A stretch of DNA of 64,000 bases from Spirochaetia bacterium (GCA_038204425.1 JBBRCZ010000003.1:1-64000); one strand, 5' to 3'. Counted from the first letter of the stretch, positions 19,674-28,756 are shown. The notes: generated from the letters alone by a model not told the origin. Numbers and translations: made by a program.

Positions 19674-21704
19674 TTATCTATTGTTGTTATTGTTGCCGAG
19701 GTTCTGCAAATCGCGGGAGCTATTCTCAATCGAATTGACTGCGCCTTCCATTCTGCCATATTTGACCTTGAGCTGCGCTTCGTAGTTGACTAAGTAGGCT
19801 TGAAATTTTTTAACTTCGTCGCCCTTTTGTTTAATTTGGGAGTCGAGCAAATTAGTTTTTGAAGCCAAAATGCCGCCGGTTTGCACATAGGGTCTAATGT
19901 AGTTCTCAAACTCAACCCCAACGCCTCGGTCCGAAATCAAATCTCCATCAGAGTCGCGACCAAAAAGATCCTTAACGCCCCAAAAGCGCTCTACTAGAAA
20001 CTGGTCGAGGATTTTTTCATTGATTTCAAGATAACCTCTTAGTCGACTTGGATTGACCCCCTGGCCTGATCCTTGGCTAGCATTGGTAGAAATGCCGGCT
20101 GTGGCCAGCATCACTACAGGGTTGGGTTTTTCATTAGGGTAAGCTGAAGAAACAATAGTTTGGAGCCGACTCTTGATCATGTTTAGTGTTGAGTCTCCTT
20201 GAAATTTGCCTACCCGCACAAGCGCTGCTTCTCTTTCGGGGTCAGTAAAAAAACCTACCTCATCTACTACGTCGCTTGTTCCTTTGCGTGCTGTTAAAAT
20301 GTTGATTTCTCTAATTATCCCGTTATATTGAGCAACAAACTCGATCAGTTTTTCTTTGACTAGTTTTCTATCGGGCTCTACTTTAATTGTTGCGCTGCCG
20401 CTAGTTACATCGTTTAAGGTCAGCGTAACACCCGGTATTGCGTCAGTTATGATGTTATTGTCACGGTAAACATCTATGCCCTCAATTTTTAGATGAGCAT
20501 CTTGAGCTGTAGAAATAGGCGCCAAAGGCTTGTACAGACCGCGACTGTTGGGATCGTGGATCTTTATATTTCTTAGTTCTACATTTCTCAAGCTATTGTT
20601 GTTATGGATCAACAAGGCCGCAGTGCCTGGATAGCTTTTACCAAGTTCTACTTGTTGAATAGTCCATTCACTTCCTTCACTAACTGGCGAAAGTGCTTGG
20701 GTGATGCCAGACTTTGACCGCAAAGAAACAACTTGGTTGTCCACCTTTAAGGGCGGAGGGCCTGGCGCTTCCCAATTGGGCAGGTCAACCAAGCTCGGTT
20801 TATCAGGAAGCCTAAGGTCTCTAAGGCCAGCGCCTGGCAAGGAGGGTATCTGCGGCCCAGTAGGCAACTCAACTTTGACTTGCTGGTCGCTTGATATAGC
20901 TGGTGAACGAATCTCGTATTCCAAAACCATAGCACTCTCAAGCGAGAAGTCGGCTGGAAATGGAAGCTCGAGACTAGTGAGTGGATTCACCTGGATAGAA
21001 CTTGCGTCAATTTTGTAGTTTCTGCCGGCCTGAACATTTTCGGCCGCTTTTATGGCTGTCTTACTGGGATCAAAGGCAAAGGCTTTGCCCTTATCCTCGG
21101 CCAACATGCCAAGTTTAAGACCAAGTGCTACCGCGTCATCAAGGAAAGTAACACCCATTTTTGAGCCAGTTTTGAGACCCTCAATTACTAAAATATGGCT
21201 ATCTGAAGTATTTTGAATGAGCGAGGCCTTTATTCTACCGTCGCCTCGACGGCTCAGCGAATCGGCGAAGTCTCTCACCAAGCCACCTCGATAGCGCATA
21301 GAAATGGTTTCCTCGCCAATAGTAAAGGTATACGTTCCTTCGGGGATCTGCGTGTCTTTGTTTATAGATTTGGAAGCAAAACGGTCTGTCTGCGCAAGCG
21401 CAACAACTTCTATTCTTGTTTGTCCTTCGCTTGCCGTCCTGTTTGCACTGGCAACAATACCAGCTTGGCTAGATGTGGCGTTCCGTTCCGTAAAGGGGCT
21501 TTCAAAATTGTAAAGATTACGAGCCGTATTGCGGACGGTTACCATTAAGCGGTTCATGTCCAGCCATATCTTTTTAGTACTCGCTAGTTCTTCGGCGTCA
21601 GCGTTTAGTCTATCCAACTTTACGCTCTCGGCTTTTACCAAGTCAGCTACGAGTTTGCCGGTATTAAATCTACTGTTTAGCCCCGGGATAGAAATGTCTG
21701 ACAT
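19674..21704 (-). CDS. fliD: Flagellar filament cap protein
   Basis: MSDISIPGL, AQDAHLKIEG...IPGVTLTL, KYGRME. Confidence 0.92.
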   Translation of the reverse strand: MSDISIPGLNSRFNTGKLVADLVKAESVKLDRLNADAEELASTKKIWLDMNRLMVTVRNTARNLYNFESPFTERNATSSQAGIVASANRTASEGQTRIEVVALAQTDRFASKSINKDTQIPEGTYTFTIGEETISMRYRGGLVRDFADSLSRRGDGRIKASLIQNTSDSHILVIEGLKTGSKMGVTFLDDAVALGLKLGMLAEDKGKAFAFDPSKTAIKAAENVQAGRNYKIDASSIQVNPLTSLELPFPADFSLESAMVLEYEIRSPAISSDQQVKVELPTGPQIPSLPGAGLRDLRLPDKPSLVDLPNWEAPGPPPLKVDNQVVSLRSKSGITQALSPVSEGSEWTIQQVELGKSYPGTAALLIHNNNSLRNVELRNIKIHDPNSRGLYKPLAPISTAQDAHLKIEGIDVYRDNNIITDAIPGVTLTLNDVTSGSATIKVEPDRKLVKEKLIEFVAQYNGIIREINILTARKGTSDVVDEVGFFTDPEREAALVRVGKFQGDSTLNMIKSRLQTIVSSAYPNEKPNPVVMLATAGISTNASQGSGQGVNPSRLRGYLEINEKILDQFLVERFWGVKDLFGRDSDGDLISDRGVGVEFENYIRPYVQTGGILASKTNLLDSQIKQKGDEVKKFQAYLVNYEAQLKVKYGRMEGAVNSIENSSRDLQNLGNNNNNR

Positions 21705-21734
21705 AATTCCCCATATAACCTAAAAATACTCTAA

Positions 21735-22088
21735 CTAAAACTGCTCGTCAATCAAAAGGCCCAAAACTTCTCGGATACGTACATGAGCTTCCTGAACTAG
21801 TGCGGCGGGCAGCTCTTTGACTACTTTATCGGTTTCGCGGTCAATCACCTTGACCACCACCTGATGTAGTTTATCATGCATACGGACTTCCATGCGGTAG
21901 TTTGCGTTGAGAATATAGTCTTTTAGTTCATTTTTGACTATTTCTAGTTCAATATTGTCAAAGTCAAAAGGGATGTTAGCAGCATGTTCTTCATCGGCAA
22001 CGGTTTTGGCAACAGTTTTGGTTAAAAAATCTGGATTTGGTGCGGGTAGCGTCTGTCTGCTAAAACTAATCGGCGTGACACCATCCAT
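21735..22088 (-). CDS. flaG: Flagellar protein FlaG
   Basis: VVKVIDRETDKVVKELP...GLLIDE; GGAGG precedes ATG 22088. Confidence 0.85.
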   Translation of the reverse strand: MDGVTPISFSRQTLPAPNPDFLTKTVAKTVADEEHAANIPFDFDNIELEIVKNELKDYILNANYRMEVRMHDKLHQVVVKVIDRETDKVVKELPAALVQEAHVRIREVLGLLIDEQF

Positions 22089-22099
22089 GGTGAACCTCC

Positions 22100-22130
22100 A
22101 AAAGAAGAGGGAGTGCGCGAACTCCCCCTC
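22100..22130 (-). terminator. Terminator-like hairpin between flaB and flaG
   Basis: Minus strand GAGGGGGAGT-TCGCGC-ACTCCCTC then TTCTTTT, abutting the flaG ribosome-binding site. Confidence 0.6.
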
Positions 22131-22186
22131 AAACATAGACTGAAAAAAGAAGACGTCCAGATCTCTCTTGTCAATCGTTCTTTGCT

Positions 22187-23035
22187 TTAGCCAAGCAGTT
22201 TCAATACTCCCTGAGGCTGTGCATTAGCCTGAGAAAGCATGGCAGTGCTTGCCTGGGTAAGAATCTGATTCTTGACGAACTCAACCATTTCTTGAGCCAT
22301 ATTGGTATCACGGATACGTGATTCAGATGCCTGCAGGTTCTCGGCTGCAATATCTACACCAATCTGCGCCATTTCAAATCGATTCTGGTAAGCGCCCAAA
22401 TCCGCACGTTGCTTGTTTACTACACGCAAGGCAGAGTCTACGACGCCAATAGTTTTGTTGGCAGCGTCGGGATTTCCAAGGGTAATAGCCTGACTTGGGT
22501 CCTGTTCGCTCGTCAACTTAAGTGCAGCAGCAGTCATGGTACCAACGAACATTCGTTCGTTCTGATCCATGTTTGCTCCAACTTGAAACTGCATAACTCG
22601 TGGGCCACTCTTAGCAAAACTACCAGTAAGGATGTTCATGCCATTGAATTGCGCATGACTTGCGATGCGGTTTACTTCATCAACAAGTTGGCTTACTTCA
22701 ACCTGAATCTGCGATCGGTCTTCATCTGAATAAATTCCGTTAGCAGACTGAACAGAAAGTTGTCTAATCCGTTGCAAAATATCCACGGTGCTTTGCAGAT
22801 ATCCTTCACTGGTTTGGATAAATGACACGGCATTCTGAATATTTGCGCTGGCTTGATTGAGACCCCTAACTTGGCTGCGCAGCTTTTCGCTAACAGCTAG
22901 TCCAGAAGCATCGTCACCGGCTTTGTTGATTCGCAGTCCCGAACTGAGTTTCTCAATGTTTCCTTGCAAGCTGTTGTTGCGCTCACTAAGAACTCGGTTT
23001 GAGTACTGGGCACTCATGTTGTGGTTAATTATCAT
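22187..23035 (-). CDS. flaB: Flagellin core protein FlaB
   Basis: [46 protein letters not shown]. Confidence 0.97.
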   Translation of the reverse strand: MIINHNMSAQYSNRVLSERNNSLQGNIEKLSSGLRINKAGDDASGLAVSEKLRSQVRGLNQASANIQNAVSFIQTSEGYLQSTVDILQRIRQLSVQSANGIYSDEDRSQIQVEVSQLVDEVNRIASHAQFNGMNILTGSFAKSGPRVMQFQVGANMDQNERMFVGTMTAAALKLTSEQDPSQAITLGNPDAANKTIGVVDSALRVVNKQRADLGAYQNRFEMAQIGVDIAAENLQASESRIRDTNMAQEMVEFVKNQILTQASTAMLSQANAQPQGVLKLLG

Positions 23036-23041
23036 ATAACC

Positions 23042-23078
23042 CCTCCTTGTGGTATTTAAAAGGCCAATCCATGGCCTT
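23042..23078 (-). promoter_or_regulatory. Paired CsrA-binding sites in the flaB leader
   Basis: AAGGCCA-TGGAT-TGGCCTT hairpin with GGA in the loop, plus ACAAGGAGG over the Shine-Dalgarno. Confidence 0.7.
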
Positions 23079-23332
23079 CTGTACCGTCATTATGCAAACG
23101 CTTATCGCGCAAACACTTGCACAATGGATCGGTAAGTCCATTCCCTACTTATTTGGCAATTACAAGATGTCAAACGATTGAGAAAATAGAGGGGCTTACC
23201 GCTACGGGACGTTTTCCGCACAAGTACGAGGGGGTCTTTGTAAAAGAACACTTGCTCTAAATGATTTTTAAACATCTAGACCATTATAAATCATACAACA
23301 TGTGACGCTAAACACGCAAGATTTTTTTTGGC

Positions 23333-23362
23333 AAAAAAAAATGGCGACCCCTGAGGGTCGCC
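23333..23362 (-). terminator. Rho-independent terminator of the upstream flaB
   Basis: GGCGACCC-TCAG-GGGTCGCC followed by a T run on the minus strand. Confidence 0.9.
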
Positions 23363-23384
23363 TGAGATCAAAATGCTAGTAAAA

Positions 23385-24245
23385 TTAGCCCAAGAGCTGA
23401 AGAACTGACTGAGTCTTAGTATTAGCTTGTGCCAACATTGAGTTGGAAGCTTGTACCAAGATTTGGTTCTTAGTAAATTCTACAACTTGCTTTGCCATAT
23501 CAGCGTCACGAATTCGTGATTCCGATGCCTGAAGGTTTTCAGCAGCGTTGTCAATTCCCTGAACTGCCAATTCAAAGCGGTTCTGGTAAGCACCGAGGTC
23601 AGCGCGTTGTTTGTTTACCATCTTGAGTGCAGAGTCAATAGTACCTATTGCGGTGTTTGACTTATCAGCAGTTGAGATAGAAACGGTTTCGCCATTTGCA
23701 CCACCCTTGAGGTTAAGAGCTGCACTGGTCATTGCACCAATAAAAGCCTGCTCGCGTTGGTCCATGTTGGCACCAATGTGGAAGAACAATGGTGTTGGGC
23801 TGTCTGCTCCGTTAGCACCCTTGGCAAAACGACCGGTCAACAAGTTCATGCCGTTAAACTGAGCATGGCTGGCTACGCGGTCAATTTCGTCAACGAGTTG
23901 GCTTACTTCAACCTGGATCTGCATGCGGTCTTCTTCGGAGTAAATACCGTTGGCAGACTGTACTGACAACTCACGAATTCTTTGTAGAACCTGAGTTGTT
24001 TCGTTCAAGTAACCTTCGGTGGTTTGAATCATCGAGATACCGTCACCTGCGTTGCGGGAAGCTTGTTGAAGACCTCTAACCTGGCTGCGAAGTTTTTCAC
24101 TGACTGCAAGGCCAGAAGCATCGTCGCCAGCTTTGTTGATGCGCAAGCCACTGGAAAGTTTTTCCATGTCTTTGCCAACATTGAGGTTGTTTTGTGCGTT
24201 TGCTCGTTGTGCAAACATTGCGCTTAGATTGTGATTGATGATCAT
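23385..24245 (-). CDS. flaB: Flagellin core protein FlaB
   Basis: [44 protein letters not shown]. Confidence 0.97.
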   Translation of the reverse strand: MIINHNLSAMFAQRANAQNNLNVGKDMEKLSSGLRINKAGDDASGLAVSEKLRSQVRGLQQASRNAGDGISMIQTTEGYLNETTQVLQRIRELSVQSANGIYSEEDRMQIQVEVSQLVDEIDRVASHAQFNGMNLLTGRFAKGANGADSPTPLFFHIGANMDQREQAFIGAMTSAALNLKGGANGETVSISTADKSNTAIGTIDSALKMVNKQRADLGAYQNRFELAVQGIDNAAENLQASESRIRDADMAKQVVEFTKNQILVQASNSMLAQANTKTQSVLQLLG

Positions 24246-24249
24246 GTCA

Positions 24250-24283
24250 TCCTCCTTGAATTCTTCAGGAACATCCTTGTTCC
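24250..24283 (-). promoter_or_regulatory. Paired CsrA-binding sites in the flaB leader
   Basis: GGAACA-AGGA-TGTTCC hairpin containing ACAAGGATGT, plus CAAGGAGGA over the Shine-Dalgarno. Confidence 0.8.
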
Positions 24284-24312
24284 CGTTTTAGGAAAAAAAA
24301 TGTTTTTTTTCC

Positions 24313-24339
24313 TAAAGGGTTTTGTACAAAACCCGATAA
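24313..24339 (+). promoter_or_regulatory. Sigma-28-type promoter on the strand opposite flaB
   Basis: TAAA-N15-CCCGATAA. Confidence 0.55.
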
Positions 24340-24405
24340 TCAGAGTAGGGAAGGCTTTTTTAGTTTTGGGGGCCCGCCAAAACTAAAAAGTCTACCCGAG
24401 AATCA

Positions 24406-24433
24406 GTATCGGCAGTTGAACTCTCAAACTTTA
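24406..24433 (-). promoter_or_regulatory. Sigma-28 (FliA) promoter of flaB
   Basis: TAAA-N16-GCCGATAC with extended -35 TAAAGTTT, on the minus strand. Confidence 0.85.
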
Positions 24434-24470
24434 CTACTATTTTACAATAGTTGTATTTTTTTACTTTCCC

Positions 24471-25592
24471 CTAGTCTGCTAGTAGTTCTAGGTACTGCTG
24501 GGCAATTAAGTCTTCAGGCTCTAAGTCCAAAACTAATGCAAAGAATTGTCTGGCTTTTTCTTTGTTTCCTTGCTTGAGTTCCAAAATGCCGAGATTGGAA
24601 ATGACCTTGAGATTTTCAGGTTCTAGTCGTAAGGCTTCTTCTAAAAAAGACTTCGCATTGTCAAAGTTCTTTTCTTCCATTTCACAAATAGAAAGCTCGT
24701 TGAGACTGTCCGCGTTTTTTCCGCCAAGCTCATGAGCCTTGAGGAAGGCAAGCTTGGCTTCTGACCAAGAGCCAGCACGTCTCAGTCCCCAGCCGAGTAG
24801 AAACCAGGCGTTCCAAACTCCTTGATGGTCCTTTAAAAAGATCCTAATCTTGGCTATGCCCTCAGATTCTTTTCCTTCGCGAATGAGGGAATACGCTTGC
24901 TTAAATAGACTGTCACGATCATCTTGCTTGTTTAGTTCTTCAACAATCTTGACGATTTCTTGCCTCTGTTCTGGATCATCGGTTTTGTCTAAGGCATTTT
25001 CAAACTCTATTTGCGCACGACTATAGTTGTGTTGCCGTAGGAAAAAATGGGCCGAATAGAGATGAGCCTCAAAGTGCGGTTCGTCAAGCAAAAGTGCGCG
25101 GTTGTACCAAGTCAAAGCCTTGTCTTCAAAATGCTTGCTTTGTTCTTCATTGCCGAGATTTTGGTAATTGCGCGAACGGTCTTCGTACAAAAGTGCAAGA
25201 TTGATTAGAAAGCGACTATTGGCCGGTTCTAAACCAAGTAATGCAAGAAATATTTCCTCGGCCAAGTCATAGTCTCGATTGCGAGCTTTTACTATAGCAG
25301 CCTCAGTCAATTCGTTGGATAGATTGGGTTTTAAGGCTTTCACAAATTCACGGTAATAGTCGTTGTCTTCATGGCTTGGGTCAAAGGCAAGAACCTTTAA
25401 CATCCCGGAAACTATCATTTCCCAATTAAGATCTTGCAAGTTCCATTGCTCGGCCTCCGAGCCGCTGTCCACCGGGAGCATGATACTGGGATCTATTACA
25501 AATCCACCGATATCACCGGCAAATTTGTCTGGTATTGAGATGTAGAGAATACTTTTTAGGCGAACATCACCTGGTTCATTGGGTTTTTGCAT
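24471..25592 (-). CDS. Tetratricopeptide repeat protein
   Basis: Multiple TPR helices (AWFLLGWGLRR, LEPENLKVISNLG). Confidence 0.85.
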   Translation of the reverse strand: MQKPNEPGDVRLKSILYISIPDKFAGDIGGFVIDPSIMLPVDSGSEAEQWNLQDLNWEMIVSGMLKVLAFDPSHEDNDYYREFVKALKPNLSNELTEAAIVKARNRDYDLAEEIFLALLGLEPANSRFLINLALLYEDRSRNYQNLGNEEQSKHFEDKALTWYNRALLLDEPHFEAHLYSAHFFLRQHNYSRAQIEFENALDKTDDPEQRQEIVKIVEELNKQDDRDSLFKQAYSLIREGKESEGIAKIRIFLKDHQGVWNAWFLLGWGLRRAGSWSEAKLAFLKAHELGGKNADSLNELSICEMEEKNFDNAKSFLEEALRLEPENLKVISNLGILELKQGNKEKARQFFALVLDLEPEDLIAQQYLELLAD

Positions 25593-25621
25593 TTAAGTTC
25601 CTTGTCAAGTTAGAAAAACAG

Positions 25622-26488
25622 CTACTCTTTGTTATCGGTGTTCTTGCTGTTGGTGTTTGTGTTGGTGACAGAACTCACCAAGGGGCGTTTGCCTTGACTC
25701 TTGAGATAAAGTGAAAGTCTCATTTTGTATTCAACCGGAACATTGCCTTCATGAAACTGTACGACAAAGGCTCCGACGTCTTGTCGGCCTTCTATAGCTT
25801 CAAATCGGATGACTTTTCCAATCAGATCTATTGTTTCGTCTGGATCTTCAAACTTAAGCTTGAGGGCTATTGGTTTATTGACCAGAAACTTAGGGACTCC
25901 CATTATTATGAGGCGGGCCGCCGAAAAAGAAATATCCCTCACAATACACTTGCGCTGAATATGATCTATCAACACCATCGCACCACGTACATTGAGGCGC
26001 AACGCTTTTATTGCATCGGTAGTAAGAGCAATGCGCTCTTCCTTTCTGTTCTGAGCTATCGAGTGCGCATCCAAAAGAGTGCCAAGTTTGCCAATCAGAT
26101 CATCCGGCGGCTGACCACTAAACGAAAGTTGAATGAAGTTGAGGTCAGGATTTTCATTTCCGTAAGGCACGTAGTCAACGATGCGAGCATTTACAAAAAA
26201 GCTAATAGGGTCGGACTTTTCTCGTTGGATAAAGCTATAGCGAAGCGAAACATTGTTGTTCGCCTTGCCTACGATTTGTTTGAATGAGTTTTGAACATTA
26301 ATGATAACTTTGGCACCCGACATAGAACTGGAATAAAGTATGCACGGCCATTGGTAACCGATACATTTTATAAAAATTTGCTTCGGGTAGAGTAGCGTAT
26401 TCTTGATTACGTCTCGAGTAAAGGTGACGTCTATGGTTGAGTATTGTTCGTAAAGTCGCGCAATTTGTTGACTCGTAGTGACTGACAT
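25622..26488 (-). CDS. plzA: Spirochete PlzA-like c-di-GMP receptor (PilZ domain)
   Basis: WPCILYSSSM, RKEER (RxxxR), DISFSA. Confidence 0.75.
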   Translation of the reverse strand: MSVTTSQQIARLYEQYSTIDVTFTRDVIKNTLLYPKQIFIKCIGYQWPCILYSSSMSGAKVIINVQNSFKQIVGKANNNVSLRYSFIQREKSDPISFFVNARIVDYVPYGNENPDLNFIQLSFSGQPPDDLIGKLGTLLDAHSIAQNRKEERIALTTDAIKALRLNVRGAMVLIDHIQRKCIVRDISFSAARLIIMGVPKFLVNKPIALKLKFEDPDETIDLIGKVIRFEAIEGRQDVGAFVVQFHEGNVPVEYKMRLSLYLKSQGKRPLVSSVTNTNTNSKNTDNKE

Positions 26489-26547
26489 ATTTTATTAGTA
26501 TCTTAAAGACAAGTATTATCCAAGTCAATCAAAGTTGCAAAGGATAT

Positions 26548-26841
26548 TTACTCAAGCGGATCAAGCATCTTATCAAGGTCTCTAATTAGTCGCTGGGCAA
26601 TGCTCGCTGCCTCTAAAGCTTCTATGCTGTTGCCGGGCGCCTGGCCAGTTTTATACTTGAGAAACTCATCAATCACCAGAATAGATGCAAGAATAGAAAT
26701 CTTTAACGGATCTTTGGTGCTTACAGTGTTTTCAATATCTCTCACACGAGACTTAAAAAAATCAATGATTTCACGAAGGTAAGCAGGATCCTGATCTGAC
26801 TGCACTACAAATGCGGTGCCCAAGACTTCTATCTTCATCAA
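26548..26841 (-). CDS. zapA: Cell division protein ZapA
   Basis: KIEVLG.F...DPAYL...DPLKISILA. Confidence 0.8.
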   Translation of the reverse strand: MMKIEVLGTAFVVQSDQDPAYLREIIDFFKSRVRDIENTVSTKDPLKISILASILVIDEFLKYKTGQAPGNSIEALEAASIAQRLIRDLDKMLDPLE

Positions 26842-26857
26842 GTATCCCTCTCAAGAA

Positions 26858-27307
26858 TCAGAATATATCCAGTTGTTGATCCTGTGGTTCAAAAGAGACA
26901 TCGGAGTCTTCTTCGACAACTTCCACTACCGTAGTGCTTTGTGGCAATTCTTCGGACTCTTGGTAGTTGTTCTGGTAATTATCTTCAACAAAATCCGAAC
27001 CGGATTGTGCCGGTTCGGAAATGTGGGCTGTCTCTACAAATCCTGATGCAGGAAGAGTGGGTTGTTTAAGTCCACCGACTGCGTCTTCGAGACTGTCGAG
27101 GTGAGTAAGTGCAGAAATAATGCCTTTCTCTATTTCGGTTTGTTCATCTTTAAACTCTTCAATCATGTATTCAAGCTCTTCAATGCGCACTTCATATTTT
27201 GAAATACTATTTTTGAGCAGCTTGTTCTCTGCTTGAAGTACCGACATAAGTTCAACAGTCTTATATACCTTGGATTCAAGGCTACGGATTTGTTCGAGAC
27301 TAATCAT
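26858..27307 (-). CDS. zapB: Coiled-coil ZapB-like protein
   Basis: MISLEQIRSLESKV coiled coil, acidic tail ending QLDIF, adjacent to zapA. Confidence 0.65.
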   Translation of the reverse strand: MISLEQIRSLESKVYKTVELMSVLQAENKLLKNSISKYEVRIEELEYMIEEFKDEQTEIEKGIISALTHLDSLEDAVGGLKQPTLPASGFVETAHISEPAQSGSDFVEDNYQNNYQESEELPQSTTVVEVVEEDSDVSFEPQDQQLDIF

Positions 27308-27667
27308 TTAAGCCCCCAGAGCTTTTTTTGCTTCGGCAATCAAGGCAGAGAATGCCTTGGCGTCTTCAATAGCAAGGTTTGAAAGAACTTTGCGGTTTAT
27401 GACAATGTTTGCTTTGCCAAGCCCCTGAATAAAACGTGAATAAGTTATACCTTCGGCGCGTACTGCAGCGGAAATACGAGTAATCCACAGTCTTCGAAAA
27501 TCACGTTTGCGATTTCGTCGGTCTCGATAAGCATAGACTAGACTCTTAGCTACCGCATCACGCGCGGTCCTAAAGAGGTTCTTTCTGCGACCCCAATAGC
27601 CTTTTGCAAAGGCTAAAATTCTCTTGCGACGGTCTTTACGGCGTGTGCCGTCTACTGCTCGTGGCAT
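27308..27667 (-). CDS. rplT: 50S ribosomal protein L20
   Basis: AKGYWGRR, YAYRDRR.RKRDFRRLWITRI; AAGGAG precedes ATG 27667. Confidence 0.97.
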   Translation of the reverse strand: MPRAVDGTRRKDRRKRILAFAKGYWGRRKNLFRTARDAVAKSLVYAYRDRRNRKRDFRRLWITRISAAVRAEGITYSRFIQGLGKANIVINRKVLSNLAIEDAKAFSALIAEAKKALGA

Positions 27668-27805
27668 TTTTGTCTCCTTTTTGCGGTGCAAACCGCAGGG
27701 GCAATGGTTACGGTCGGCGCTCTGGCTGCCATTTGCCTCGGCCTAACCGGGAAGCGTCAGCTTCCTGCCTGCCAATAAATTGGCAGGTTCTCTAGCTTGA
27801 GCCAC
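27668..27805. ncRNA. Structured intergenic element between rpmI and rplT (candidate cis-regulatory RNA)
   Basis: Several consecutive stems in 138 bp (see findings). Confidence 0.4.
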
Positions 27806-28003
27806 TCAGCCGTAAGGCAAGAGTCTTTTGGCTCGTGGGGCCTCGGCACTAGAAAGGATTCCTGCATGGCGCAAACCACGCTTGCGCTTAGTACTCTTTT
27901 TGCTGAGTATGTGGCGCAATCCTTGCTTCTTCACTTTGACTTTACCGCTTCCGGTTATGCCATAGCGTTTTGCCGCTGACCGACGTGTCTTCATCTTCGG
28001 CAT
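27806..28003 (-). CDS. rpmI: 50S ribosomal protein L35
   Basis: [19 protein letters not shown]. Confidence 0.97.
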   Translation of the reverse strand: MPKMKTRRSAAKRYGITGSGKVKVKKQGLRHILSKKSTKRKRGLRHAGILSSAEAPRAKRLLPYG

Positions 28004-28066
28004 GGGTTACCTCTCTATACTAACTGGCGATCTTTGTTCCACAATAGAACGACTGCCAATTTTTTA

Positions 28067-28588
28067 CTATTTTTTTAGTTTGGGAGCAAGTGTCATGGAC
28101 ATAAAGCGACCTTCCATCAATGGCGGTTTTTCCATACTATATCCATCTTCTCCCAAAAGTTTAAGTACGTCATCAAGTACAACTCGACCCAGCTCGGTAT
28201 GAGCTAACTCACGACCACGGAATCTAATGGTGACCTTAACTTTGTCGCCTTCACCCAGAAAGTCGCGGATGTGCTTGGTTTTAAACTCCAAGTCATGGTC
28301 TTCAATCTTGGGTTGCATACGAATTTCTTTAAGTTTAACGATTTTTTGCTTCTTCTTTGATTCACGGTTCTTCTTTTCAGTTTCAAACATGTACTTGCCG
28401 TAATCAATGAGTTTGCATACAGGCGGATCAACGTTGGGAGAAACCTCAACAAGATCGAGTGCGGCTTCCTTAGCCATTTTGAGGGCGTCTTCAGTTAAAA
28501 CTACCCCTGCCTGATTTCCTTCGCTGTCAATAAGGCGTACTTCTCGTGTTCGAATCGCCTCGTTAATCCTAAGTTTCTTGCTGGACAA
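28067..28588 (-). CDS. infC: Translation initiation factor IF-3 (probable TTG start)
   Basis: [43 protein letters not shown] precedes TTG 28588. Confidence 0.95.
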   Translation of the reverse strand: MSSKKLRINEAIRTREVRLIDSEGNQAGVVLTEDALKMAKEAALDLVEVSPNVDPPVCKLIDYGKYMFETEKKNRESKKKQKIVKLKEIRMQPKIEDHDLEFKTKHIRDFLGEGDKVKVTIRFRGRELAHTELGRVVLDDVLKLLGEDGYSMEKPPLMEGRFMSMTLAPKLKK

Positions 28589-28756
28589 TGTGCCTCCCCG
28601 GTTTTGATCCAAAATGGAGTTTGACTTTATCATGTCTGTTTGGGAAAATCAATCGTCAGCTATCTAAAGTGAAGAATGCTGATTTTGTTTAACGGCAATG
28701 GGTGAGATAGGGCGTTCTTGCAAGTCCTTGCTACTTGGTATAGAGTCCATTTTACA

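Noticed and set aside
23120..23155. Sigma-28 promoter for the second flaB
   Set aside because: ACCGATCC with TAAG upstream is a weak match with off spacing; not well enough supported to list.
24313..24433. Invertible promoter (flagellar phase switch)
   Set aside because: No recombinase gene nearby and no clean flanking inverted repeats around a single promoter; the arms are diverged.
27668..27805. SRP (4.5S) or 6S RNA
   Set aside because: Lacks the SRP CAGG-N-GNRA-N-AGCAG core and the single long rod of 6S RNA. The zapA downstream gap is also too short for 6S RNA.
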